Of a stretch of DNA of 32,000 bases, positions 1-9,073 are shown in pieces (position 1 is the stretch's first letter; every line of letters begins with the position of its first letter). The notes under the pieces are model-generated. The model was not told the origin of the DNA and made no database searches. It was given only the letters and a program-made list of their open reading frames with translations. Where the stretch lies: contig NC_022359.1 in assembly GCF_000354175.2 (NCBI RefSeq), positions 1,080,001 to 1,112,000 on the forward strand, written 5' to 3'. Source of the stretch: Vibrio alginolyticus NBRC 15630 = ATCC 17749 (lineage in GTDB: Bacteria; Pseudomonadota; Gammaproteobacteria; Enterobacterales; Vibrionaceae). The translations under genes were made by a program, and so were the position numbers.

Positions 1-558
1 GATCTTCGCCCTACGGTTACGTTCTGCTTCTGCCTGACGGGCTAGGGCTCTGACCATGCTGTCATTTAAATCAACATGTTTGACTTCAACCGTAGCAATC
101 TTGATTCCCCAGTCATCAGTCTGTTGATCGAGAATGGATTGTAAATCCTTATTGAGGCGTTCTCGCTCTGATAGCAATTCATCGAGTTCATGCTGACCCA
201 ATACCGAGCGCAGCGTGGTTTGTGCTAACTGACTGGTGGCATCGCTGTAGCTTTCAATATTGTTAATCGCCATTTGAGGATCGACTACGCGAAAATAAAC
301 GACCGCGTTGACGCGCACAGAAACGTTATCTTTGGTAATTAAATCTTGTGTCGGCACATCCAAAACGACAGTACGTAAATCAACCCTCACCATTTGCTGA
401 ATAAATGGGATAAGGATGATCAAACCAGGTCCTTTGACTTCTTGAAATCGACCAAGAAAGAACACAACCCCACGTTCGTATTCTCTCAAAACTTTGAACA
501 TTTGGGTCGCTAGTGCGAACAGCAGCACCACGATCACCGCAACGGTATAGAGCATCAT
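1..558 (-). CDS. SPFH/band-7 (stomatin/slipin-like) membrane protein, N-terminal part only; the C-terminus lies beyond the window edge
   Basis: The reverse-strand frame stays open to position 1. The start is ATGATG (RC of 553-558), preceded by AGGAGG (RC of 565-570). My translation is [94 protein letters not shown]..., a TM anchor plus a typical PHB/SPFH core. It lies 10 nt downstream of an NfeD gene, which is the classic NfeD-SPFH operon arrangement. Confidence 0.85.
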   Translation of the reverse strand, partial: MMLYTVAVIVVLLFALATQMFKVLREYERGVVFFLGRFQEVKGPGLIILIPFIQQMVRVDLRTVVLDVPTQDLITKDNVSVRVNAVVYFRVVDPQMAINNIESYSDATSQLAQTTLRSVLGQHELDELLSERERLNKDLQSILDQQTDDWGIKIATVEVKHVDLNDSMVRALARQAEAERNRRAKI

Positions 559-568
559 AAAGCGCCTC

Positions 569-1945
569 CTATTTATTTTGGCGGTCATCAGGCATCACAG
601 TTAAGGTCAGCCCTTTAACATTAACAATGGTGACGTGATCACCTTGTTTGAATTGTTGATGGTCTTTGGCTTTAGCTCGCCATAAAGCACCGTTGAGTTG
701 AACGCGTCCTTCGCCATCGATAAAGTCATCGCTTACCACAGCGACCTTCCCAGGGTAAGTCTCTAAACCCGTCGTTACACGCCGGCGGCGAATTTTGAGC
801 AGCAGGCCGACGGTCAGCACGATTAGAGCTACGGAAAATATGGCAATACCAAAAATCAAAGGAAGGGCGATCTGGAACCCTGGTAACTCACTGTCCATGA
901 GAAATATCGAACCGAGTACAAAGGCGACAACACCGCCTAAGCCCAAAATACCAAAGCTCGGGCTGAATGCTTCCGCTATCATTAGTGCAATACCGAGTAA
1001 CAGCAGACCAAGACCTGCGTAGTTGACGGGCATCATTTGTAATGCGTACATGGCAAGAAGCAGACAAATCCCACCTAGCACACCGGGTAAGCCAATTCCT
1101 GGGTTGTAAAATTCAAGAAGTAAACCGTAGATGCCGATGAGCATTAGAATGTAGGCAACGTTTGGATTGGTGATAACGGCTAACATTTCTGCTCGCCAAT
1201 CTGGCGTTCTTTCAACCCATGTTGGATTTTCAAGTGACAATGTCACAGTGCGATTGTTTACTTTAACTGTTTGCCCATCTATGGCTTTGACTAAGTCCTC
1301 TGGAGAATTGGCGACGTAATCGATCACGTTTAATTCTAATGCTTCTGTTGCATCCAAGCTCGCCGCTTCGCTTACTGCTTTCTCTGCCCATTCTGCATTT
1401 CGTCCATGAAGTTTTGCTAAGCCTTTAATGTAGGCTTTGGCGTCGTTAATTACCTTTTTCTCCATTGCGGTTTTAGCGGGAACTTTCTCTGAGCTTTCGT
1501 TGGTTCCTTCTGGCGTTTCTTCCGCGTTTTGATCTTTGCCATCATCCGATGAAGGAGGTTGAGGCGTACCACCTAACGCGACGGGCGTTGCAGCTCCGAG
1601 GTTTGTCGCTTCAGCCATGGCGGCTACGTGACTAGCGAGCAAGATGTATGTTCCTGCACTGGCAGCTCTAGAACCAGATGGGCCGACCCAAGTTGCAATG
1701 GGAGTCGAGGAGGTGGTAATCGCGTGAATAATATCTCGCATTGCGCTATCTAAGCCGCCTGGTGTGTCCATCTCTAAGATCACTAAACTGACACCGTTTA
1801 GTTGAGCTTCTTCTATTTCACGAGATAAATAGTCGCTAGTAGCAGGCCCTATAGCGCCTTTGACAGGAACAATCCAAACGGTATTCGCCAGTGCTTGACT
1901 GGCAATCAAGAGTAAAGGTAAGAACCATATCCATAGTCGTTTCAT
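569..1945 (-). CDS. NfeD-family membrane-bound serine protease (long form: ClpP-like domain, multi-TM region, C-terminal OB-fold)
   Basis: 458-aa ORF with a signal/anchor sequence ([20 protein letters not shown]). It has a ClpP/SppA-like segment ([35 protein letters not shown]), a hydrophobic multi-helix block, and a C-terminal NfeD OB segment ([37 protein letters not shown]). It is operonic with the SPFH gene. Confidence 0.85.
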   Translation of the reverse strand: MKRLWIWFLPLLLIASQALANTVWIVPVKGAIGPATSDYLSREIEEAQLNGVSLVILEMDTPGGLDSAMRDIIHAITTSSTPIATWVGPSGSRAASAGTYILLASHVAAMAEATNLGAATPVALGGTPQPPSSDDGKDQNAEETPEGTNESSEKVPAKTAMEKKVINDAKAYIKGLAKLHGRNAEWAEKAVSEAASLDATEALELNVIDYVANSPEDLVKAIDGQTVKVNNRTVTLSLENPTWVERTPDWRAEMLAVITNPNVAYILMLIGIYGLLLEFYNPGIGLPGVLGGICLLLAMYALQMMPVNYAGLGLLLLGIALMIAEAFSPSFGILGLGGVVAFVLGSIFLMDSELPGFQIALPLIFGIAIFSVALIVLTVGLLLKIRRRRVTTGLETYPGKVAVVSDDFIDGEGRVQLNGALWRAKAKDHQQFKQGDHVTIVNVKGLTLTVMPDDRQNK

Positions 1946-2440
1946 GCAGTCCTCCTTGTGTGGTCACAGGGACTTTTTGAAATCCTAATTCAAGTATATC
2001 CAAATAACTTAGAGATGCTTGAGTATAGGTTCTAATGAATAAGTTGCCGAGGCTAATTAGGAGACTACTTTTTTATATATAAACGCTGTGTGAGATAGTA
2101 AACTAAAGCAAATTATTGGTAATTGTGATGTTTATGTTTATTGTTCAGCGTTTGATTAAGTTGGCCGTTATCTGTGCCGTTTTCTTTACTATTTTCGATC
2201 TGATCTCCTATGGAGAGGTGACTTGGTTTCAACGGTTTTTGGCTTTTCTACACTAAACTCAGATTTCAATACGTTAGCTACTCATAAGGCGATAGGTTTC
2301 TTCCTATTCGCCTTATTACTCCCTCTTCAACCAAAGCCTTAAACAAAGCAATACTTAACTCGTTTTTTCAACTTCCTGTCGGTGGAAAAAACGCCAAAAT
2401 GCAACTAAATTCATATCAATGACAAGTTTAAGGTATGTAG

Positions 2441-3412
2441 TTGATGAGGCAATTCAGCGCAATCGCACTAGCTGTTGTAACACTCATTTTGAGCCAAACA
2501 ACAACCGCAAGAAACGCGAAGATGTTAGGTGATATCTCCCTAGTTCAGCCCATACAGGGTGATCCTAATGTGGATATTAAGCTAGCGAGAATTGGCTGGC
2601 ATCTCTTCCGCGATCCTCAATTATCGTCAAATGGTAATGTCAGCTGTGCGACATGCCACAATCTGCAAACCAATGGCGCTGAAAATACACCTGTCTCTAC
2701 GGGGGTGAAAGGTGATGGAATTAGAAATTCTATAACAGTGTTTAATGCAGCGTTAAATTATCGTTTTTTATGGGATGGTACGGAAAACACCTTGATGGCT
2801 CAGATTGATGGTCCAATCCATAATCCAATGGAAATGGACTCAAACTGGCAAACAATAGAGCAATATGTAAAAGAGAGTGAACATTATCAAGCTCTATTTA
2901 ATCGTGACGGTGAATTGCCGATTAACGTTCATAATATCAAGTCCGCTATTGTGGAGTTTGTTGAAGGGCTGCAGACGCCTGGCGCACCATTCGATGCTTA
3001 CTTATTGGGTTACACGCATGTACTGAGTGAACAGCAAATCAGAGGTTGGAAAACATTTCAGACTTCAGGTTGTGTGCAGTGTCATCAGGGCAAAAATATC
3101 GGCGGAGCGATGATCCAAAGGTTCGCCTATTTCAAGGATAAGCCAGTAGTAGAGGACTCGGGCAGGCAACTCGTTACGATAGAAGATGAAGAGCGATTCT
3201 ATTTTAGAGTAGCCAGTTTACGCAATGTCGCGCTAACGAGTCCTTATTTTCATAATGGGCAAGTCGATAAGTTATCCGACGCGATACAAATCATGGCTAA
3301 AACCCAGCTCGGTATAACGATGAACGATGAGAATGTCGCGGACATTGAAGCATTCTTGCAGTCGTTGACAGCACCTAGACCCATAATTTTAGAGGTGTTG
3401 GAAAATGAATAA
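2441..3412 (+). CDS. Periplasmic di-haem cytochrome c peroxidase (CCP/MauG) family protein
   Basis: 323 aa with an N-terminal signal peptide (AIALAVVTLILSQTTTA). It has two CxxCH haem-c motifs: CATCH at nt 2645-2659 and CVQCH at nt 3071-3085. Family-typical segments GKNIGG and FRVASLRNVALTSPYFHNGQV..L..AIQIMAKTQLG are present. Confidence 0.85.
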   Translation: MMRQFSAIALAVVTLILSQTTTARNAKMLGDISLVQPIQGDPNVDIKLARIGWHLFRDPQLSSNGNVSCATCHNLQTNGAENTPVSTGVKGDGIRNSITVFNAALNYRFLWDGTENTLMAQIDGPIHNPMEMDSNWQTIEQYVKESEHYQALFNRDGELPINVHNIKSAIVEFVEGLQTPGAPFDAYLLGYTHVLSEQQIRGWKTFQTSGCVQCHQGKNIGGAMIQRFAYFKDKPVVEDSGRQLVTIEDEERFYFRVASLRNVALTSPYFHNGQVDKLSDAIQIMAKTQLGITMNDENVADIEAFLQSLTAPRPIILEVLENE

Positions 3413-5762
3413 ATTCAAACTGATCAACTTTTGCTTTTTTATTGGGATACTGACGTGCTGCACACTGGCGTATATGTCGTATATGAATTCAAAAAACGCT
3501 CAAGAATTTCATGCAGGGCTAATGAATATCGGACATGAGTTGATTGAAGAGCGTGATGTTATCGTGAACCGATATGCCGTTGAAGATAGGAAAAACTATG
3601 AGTTAACAACATCTTTAGTAGAGATAGAAATCGCAGCACAGGCACTGTTGGAATCATCAAAGGCATCAGTTTGGTTTCCCGTGACACCCAATCGTATAAA
3701 AGTTAGGGATACGCTTGAACAGTTTAAGGAGCGAGTGCTTCAAACAACGTTGAAGCTTGATATGTTAATTGGTGTTCAGGTAGAAAATCGGTATGCATTA
3801 CTCATGTTGTTCAATTTATATCAGCAAGAGGTTTCTACCGAGAGCGGTCAATCATTGGGTGGCAGTCGTTATTTTGAATTTCTCAACCAGTTGCTTCTAA
3901 CACAAACTGAAGTTGAGAGTGAAAAAGAAGCGAACTTCCTTAAACGGCTTCAAACGAGTGATAAAAGAATTGAATTGCTGACGAATGAACTGCTTGATCA
4001 CACTTATATTGAGTTTGTCGAAAGCTCAGAGCATCGGTTACTCAATATTGCTCAAAGTGAGGCGCGTTTTACGTGGTTGTTTGTATTTATCGCGGTGATG
4101 TTTCTAGTTAGCGCGTTTGTTTATCAGTCACATCACCGAATGCATAACTTAAAACAGTTGAATCTTGAAATTGAAGAGGCGAGAAACAAAGCCGAGCGAG
4201 CGGCAAAAGCGAAATCAAATTTTCTTGCTGCAATGAGTCACGAACTAAGAACGCCGATGAATGGCGTACTAGGGCTTTCTCAAATGATTGCAGAAGAGAC
4301 CAAAGAGCCGACGACGAAAGAGCACATTAGGGTTATTCTTGACTCTGGCCAGCATCTGATGACTATCCTCAACGATATTTTGGATTTTTCTAAAGTTGAA
4401 GAAAACAAACTGGAATTTGAGCAAGCTAAGTTTAAGCTCGATCAAGTGCTTTCTCCGGTGTGTAGCGCAATAAAACCACTTGTTGATGAAAAAAATATCG
4501 AGCTAATCTTGGAAAACGAGGTTTCTGAATATACTGAATTTACTGGGGATTGTGCGCGTTTACGACAGATCTTATTTAATCTCGCCGGTAACGCGGTGAA
4601 GTTTACCAATGAAGGGCATGTGCTGGTTAGAACCGAGTTAGATGAATCGAATCAGTTGTTGGTCATGTGCGTGAGCGACACCGGTATTGGTATTGCGCCA
4701 GACAAGCACGAGCATATTTTTAACTCGTTTGAGCAAGCAGACTCATCAACGACTCGAAGGTTCGGCGGAACAGGGCTTGGGTTAGCCATCGTCAAAAAAC
4801 TAACCGATTTGATGGGTGGCCATATTACTCTGAAGAGTATAGAAGGCGTTGGAAGTCAATTTATCGTTGAGTTGCCGATTCCTTGGGTAGAATCTGCTCC
4901 GAAAAAGCAGCAAGAAGCACCGAAACCTCGCGCAAAATCACACCATTTAAAGATACTACTTGCTGATGATAATCGTGTGAATGCCATTGTGGCAAAAGGG
5001 TTTTGCGAAAAGCTCGGGCATGAAGTGGATGTTGCAGAAAATGGATTAATCGCGGTTAAAAAGGCGAAAGAGAACGAGTACGACCTGATCTTGATGGACA
5101 ACCATATGCCCGAGATGAATGGCGTTGAGGCGACACGCGTTATCCGACAAGAGTTAGGTATTAAGACATTACTCTTTGCGTACACGGCAGACGTATTTCG
5201 TGAAGCTCACGATAGCTTTATTGAAGCAGGAGCAGACCATGTGCTGACAAAACCGCTACAGCATGAGAGCTTTTCAGACGCTCTCAAACAGTTTGCCGCC
5301 AGACTCGAACCGAAACAGAATCCGCCACTAACGAGTGACAGCAATGTGCTTCAATTGCAACGTAAGCCAATCGAGAACTTAAGGTTAACAGAGGAAGAAC
5401 TCTCCCGTTCAGGCATGTTTACTTCTTTACGAGATGAGCCAGAAGCGCTCGACGAGTTGCTAAAAAGCATTATTGTCGATTTTGAGACTTCTGTTGATGA
5501 ACTTATTGAATACTTTATGGCTGAAGACTTTGCTTCATTAGAGCTGACGTTGCACAAAACGAAAGGGATGGCACTGAACCTAAGTTTACCTATTTTGGCG
5601 AGCCAAACGGAGGCCCTGGAAACTCAACTTAAAGCCAACCAAAGTCCCGAGATTGAGCAGTTGCAGATGCTGATCAATCGGTTACAGGTCAACATCCATC
5701 AGTCTCATAGACTTTTGGATGATATCCAGAAGAACAATGCCGATCCTCAACAGATTTTATAG
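3405..5762 (+). CDS. Hybrid sensor histidine kinase (2 TM + periplasmic helical domain, HisKA, HATPase_c, REC, C-terminal HPt)
   Basis: 785 aa. TM1 is FKLINFCFFIGILTCCTLAYMSYM and TM2 is FTWLFVFIAVMFLVSAFVYQ, flanking about 190 aa of periplasmic sequence. The H-box is FLAAMSHELRTPMNGVLG. N/G boxes are NLAGNAVKFT and DTGIGI..GGTGLGLAIV. The receiver is KILLADDN...DLILMDNHMPEMNG. The HPt motif is HKTKGMALNLS. Its ATG overlaps the upstream stop (ATGAATAA, 3405-3412). Confidence 0.9.
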   Translation: MNKFKLINFCFFIGILTCCTLAYMSYMNSKNAQEFHAGLMNIGHELIEERDVIVNRYAVEDRKNYELTTSLVEIEIAAQALLESSKASVWFPVTPNRIKVRDTLEQFKERVLQTTLKLDMLIGVQVENRYALLMLFNLYQQEVSTESGQSLGGSRYFEFLNQLLLTQTEVESEKEANFLKRLQTSDKRIELLTNELLDHTYIEFVESSEHRLLNIAQSEARFTWLFVFIAVMFLVSAFVYQSHHRMHNLKQLNLEIEEARNKAERAAKAKSNFLAAMSHELRTPMNGVLGLSQMIAEETKEPTTKEHIRVILDSGQHLMTILNDILDFSKVEENKLEFEQAKFKLDQVLSPVCSAIKPLVDEKNIELILENEVSEYTEFTGDCARLRQILFNLAGNAVKFTNEGHVLVRTELDESNQLLVMCVSDTGIGIAPDKHEHIFNSFEQADSSTTRRFGGTGLGLAIVKKLTDLMGGHITLKSIEGVGSQFIVELPIPWVESAPKKQQEAPKPRAKSHHLKILLADDNRVNAIVAKGFCEKLGHEVDVAENGLIAVKKAKENEYDLILMDNHMPEMNGVEATRVIRQELGIKTLLFAYTADVFREAHDSFIEAGADHVLTKPLQHESFSDALKQFAARLEPKQNPPLTSDSNVLQLQRKPIENLRLTEEELSRSGMFTSLRDEPEALDELLKSIIVDFETSVDELIEYFMAEDFASLELTLHKTKGMALNLSLPILASQTEALETQLKANQSPEIEQLQMLINRLQVNIHQSHRLLDDIQKNNADPQQIL

Positions 5763-5861
5763 TCCCTGTGAGTGCGATGCTTTCCTTAACTCATTTTGTT
5801 GTGGTTTACTGTGGCAAGGACGGATAGTGTTGATTCGTCGTCGGAAAATCAGGGAGTTAGA

Positions 5862-6329
5862 ATGAGTAAGCATTCCGCTTTAATCAAATGGCATCGTAAA
5901 GCTGGCGAAGAGTTTAGTGATAATAAGTATAGTCGGGCACACATTTGGCAATTTGATGGAGGGTTGCAAGTCCCAGCATCTCCATCTCCCCACGTAGTAC
6001 CATTACCACTATCCGTAGAAGAAAACGTTGATCCAGAAGAAGCGTTTGTCGCGGCACTTTCTAGTTGTCATATGCTCGTTTTCCTGTCTATTGCAGCAAA
6101 GCGACGTTATGTTGTGGACAGTTACTTCGATGAAGCGGTAGGGGAGCTTGAAAAAGGCGAAAACGGAAAAGAGTGGGTATCAAAGGTAACGTTAAACCCT
6201 AAGATAACATTTTCAGGTGAAAAACAACCGACACCATCTCAATTAGAAAAACTGCACCACATGGCCCATGAGAATTGCTTTATCGCCAACTCCGTTAAAA
6301 CAGAAGTGACAACGCTTATTGCGAATTAA
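5862..6329 (+). CDS. OsmC/Ohr-family thiol peroxidase-like protein
   Basis: I prefer the ATG at 5862, which is preceded by GGGAG 5 nt upstream, over the TTG at 5796 in the ORF track. The product is about 155 aa and carries the two family-typical cysteines (ALSSCHMLVF and HENCFIANS). Size and pattern match the OsmC superfamily. Confidence 0.78.
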   Translation: MSKHSALIKWHRKAGEEFSDNKYSRAHIWQFDGGLQVPASPSPHVVPLPLSVEENVDPEEAFVAALSSCHMLVFLSIAAKRRYVVDSYFDEAVGELEKGENGKEWVSKVTLNPKITFSGEKQPTPSQLEKLHHMAHENCFIANSVKTEVTTLIAN

Positions 6330-6375
6330 GTGAAGCTCTTTATCAAAAGCGCGGCCTATTGCGGAGTTATATTAA

Positions 6376-6396
6376 GCCAGCAGTCATCCTGCTGGC
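6376..6396. terminator. Hairpin between convergent genes (OsmC-like + / gdhA -), a possible bidirectional terminator
   Basis: GCCAGCAG-tcatc-CTGCTGGC is a perfect 8-bp GC-rich stem in the 75-bp gap between two stop codons. The flanking U-tracts are weak. Confidence 0.5.
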
Positions 6397-6404
6397 TCGT
6401 TCAT

Positions 6405-7757
6405 CTAGACGACACCTTGCTCAATCATTGCATCAGCGACTTTTCTAAAGCCTGCAATGTTGGCGCCTAAAACTAAATTTCCAGGTTGGCCAAACTCTTT
6501 ACTGGTTTCGTTTGCATTGATGAAAATATTTTTCATGATGGTTTGCAACTGACTATCCACTTGTTCAAACGTCCAGTTTTGCATGCTGGCGTTTTGCGCC
6601 ATTTCAAGTTGACTGGTTGCAACGCCGCCTGCATTGGCTGCTTTGGCAGGCCCATAAGCTATGTCTGAGTCCACGATAATATTGGCAGCATCACGGGTGG
6701 TTGGCATGTTCGCCCCTTCACTAATCAAAATACATCCGTTTTCGATAAGAGCCAGTGCGTCGTCTGACGTTAGTTCATTTTGAGTCGCACAAGGGAAGGC
6801 AGCATCAGCCTGATATCGCCAAACAGCATGTCCTTCATTAGGATAGTCGCCCTCTGGTGTGTATTCTGCTTCAGGGTAAGTTTCTAAATATTCTTCTAAG
6901 CTTGCTCTTTTCACTTCTTTCAGTTGTTTTAGGAGCTTAAGATCAATACCGTGCTCATGATAGATCGTACCTCGAGAGTCGCTGCATGTAACTGGCGTTG
7001 CTCCCATATGGTACAGTTTTTCAATGGCGTAGATAGCCACGTTGCCAGCACCAGAAACGAGACAAGTTTTCCCTTTCAATGAATCGTTGCGGTCGTTGAG
7101 CATGCATTCTGCAAAATAGACGGCGCCATATCCTGTCGCTTCTTTTCTGGCGAGTGAGCCACCCCAAAGAAGACTCTTGCCTGTAAGCACACCTTCGTAG
7201 CGGCCCGTCAATCGTTTGTATTGACCAAACATATAGCCAATTTCGCGCGCCCCGACACCGATATCGCCTGCGGGCACATCGGTGGTAGGACCGATGTGAC
7301 GGTACAACTCGTTCATAAATGATTGGCAAAATCGCATGATCTCGCCGTCGGATTTTCCTTTAGGATCGAAGTTTGAACCGCCTTTGCCGCCACCGATAGG
7401 AAGGCCAGTCAGTGCGTTTTTAAAGATTTGCTCAAAGCCGAGAAATTTTATGATGCTCGCATTGACTGAGTGATGGAATCTCAATCCTCCTTTGTACGGC
7501 CCCAAAGCAGAGTTGAATTCAACTCGATAACCTTTGTTTACTTGTACATTTCCAGCATCATCAACCCAAGGAACTCGAAACATGATTTGACGTTCTGGCT
7601 CGACGATCCTCTGGATAATCGCTTGTTCCTTATATTTATTATTGCCTTCTATTACCGGCGCGAGAGAAGTTAATACTTCTTCTACCGCTTGGTAAAATTC
7701 TTTTTGCGCAGGGCTACTGTGTTGCAACGCAACAATAGTATCGTGTATGTATGACAT
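6405..7757 (-). CDS. gdhA: NADP-specific glutamate dehydrogenase
   Basis: 450 aa. It contains the Glu/Leu/Phe/Val dehydrogenase active-site region (LPIGGGKGGSNFDPKGKSDGEIMRFCQSFM) and the dinucleotide-binding GAGNVA motif. Length and N-terminal region match enterobacterial GdhA. Confidence 0.93.
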   Translation of the reverse strand: MSYIHDTIVALQHSSPAQKEFYQAVEEVLTSLAPVIEGNNKYKEQAIIQRIVEPERQIMFRVPWVDDAGNVQVNKGYRVEFNSALGPYKGGLRFHHSVNASIIKFLGFEQIFKNALTGLPIGGGKGGSNFDPKGKSDGEIMRFCQSFMNELYRHIGPTTDVPAGDIGVGAREIGYMFGQYKRLTGRYEGVLTGKSLLWGGSLARKEATGYGAVYFAECMLNDRNDSLKGKTCLVSGAGNVAIYAIEKLYHMGATPVTCSDSRGTIYHEHGIDLKLLKQLKEVKRASLEEYLETYPEAEYTPEGDYPNEGHAVWRYQADAAFPCATQNELTSDDALALIENGCILISEGANMPTTRDAANIIVDSDIAYGPAKAANAGGVATSQLEMAQNASMQNWTFEQVDSQLQTIMKNIFINANETSKEFGQPGNLVLGANIAGFRKVADAMIEQGVV

Positions 7758-8062
7758 AGATTTCTTCCTTGATGTGAATAAGCAATCAGTTTATATGAAT
7801 GTATTTCCATTAAATAGTGATTTTGACCAAGATTCAATGGTTGTAGTGGTCTTTCCTGCGGATGAGAATGTGCAGCTTCTAACCCAGGCAGTGTTGGTTG
7901 AGATAGGTAGGGCGAGCTAAGTAAGCGGGTGGTTGAGTGATCAGTTTCACATATAACAAGCAGAAATCACTTTAGTCGATGTTGTTGTGCAGTTACGCAA
8001 ATTGTTTATGTTAACGTCATGTTAAAGTTTGTGTGTGTGATAACTTGTGAAAAGACAACTAT

Positions 8063-9073
8063 ATGGATGAGCTTAAGGTTCTGAACTCGTTTATTCAGCA
8101 GAATGGTCTACCAGCGTTTGGCCACCTTGATGGAATTCCAACATCGTTACAGCTAGATAAATTTACTTACCTCGATGAGATGGATAAGCCAGTGTCTAAG
8201 TGGCGCCGTTACCGCGATTATAAGCAGTTTCAGTTCGTCAATTTGGTCACACCTGATTACGTCATTGGAGTAGCGATTGCTGATATACGGTATTTAGCAT
8301 CCGGCTTTTGCTACCTATTTGATATTAAAAAGAATAAGTTGATTGAGCAACAATGGTTGAAATCTTTTAATATAGGTTATCAAACTCAGCCTTCCAGTTG
8401 GTGCAGTCTTGCCCATCTTGCTAACAAAAGAGTTCAGTTTTCTATTAAGGATGGTATTTGGCACGTCCACTTTGTGACAGAGTCAGTCAATGCGGATCTC
8501 TATTTACGTCCAGAAAACATGAGTTTGCCATTAATGTTGTGTACGCCAACAGGTTATGCGGGTTGGACATATACTCAGAAGCACAATGCGTTAGCAGTAG
8601 ACGGTAACTTGTTCATATTAGGAAAAGAGCAAGATCTTTCAGAGGTGGCTGCTGGTTACGATTTTTCCGCTGGGTACATGCGGCGAGAAACAAGTTGGCG
8701 CTGGGCGAGTATCAATTGCTTTGAGGATGACAGGCGTCTGGGGTTGAACTTGGCAGCTGGCGTTAATGAAACTGGCTATTGCGAAAATGTATTGTGGATT
8801 AATGGTCAGCGTCACTTTTTGCAACCTGTGCAGTTTCAGTTTTCACGAAGTGATGAAGGACAAAAGTGGCATATTACGTCGGAAGATAAACGAGTTAACT
8901 TACAGTTCACGCCTTTGAATCGACGCTCAGAGAAGAAAAATTTTTGGCTTCTCAAAAGTAACTTTCGTCAGTACATCGGTTATTTCTCTGGCTATATTAT
9001 CGATGGAAATGGCATCAAACATCAGTTAGAAGAAGTTATGGGTCTTACTGAAGATCACTATGCAAAATGGTAG
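8063..9073 (+). CDS. Uncharacterised cytoplasmic protein (possibly DUF2804 family; the family name is from memory and unverified)
   Basis: 336-aa ORF with no competing frame, no signal peptide and no TM segment. It is Trp/Tyr-rich and looks beta-rich. It is tightly linked to, or overlaps, the following hydroxylase gene. Confidence 0.6.
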   Translation: MDELKVLNSFIQQNGLPAFGHLDGIPTSLQLDKFTYLDEMDKPVSKWRRYRDYKQFQFVNLVTPDYVIGVAIADIRYLASGFCYLFDIKKNKLIEQQWLKSFNIGYQTQPSSWCSLAHLANKRVQFSIKDGIWHVHFVTESVNADLYLRPENMSLPLMLCTPTGYAGWTYTQKHNALAVDGNLFILGKEQDLSEVAAGYDFSAGYMRRETSWRWASINCFEDDRRLGLNLAAGVNETGYCENVLWINGQRHFLQPVQFQFSRSDEGQKWHITSEDKRVNLQFTPLNRRSEKKNFWLLKSNFRQYIGYFSGYIIDGNGIKHQLEEVMGLTEDHYAKW

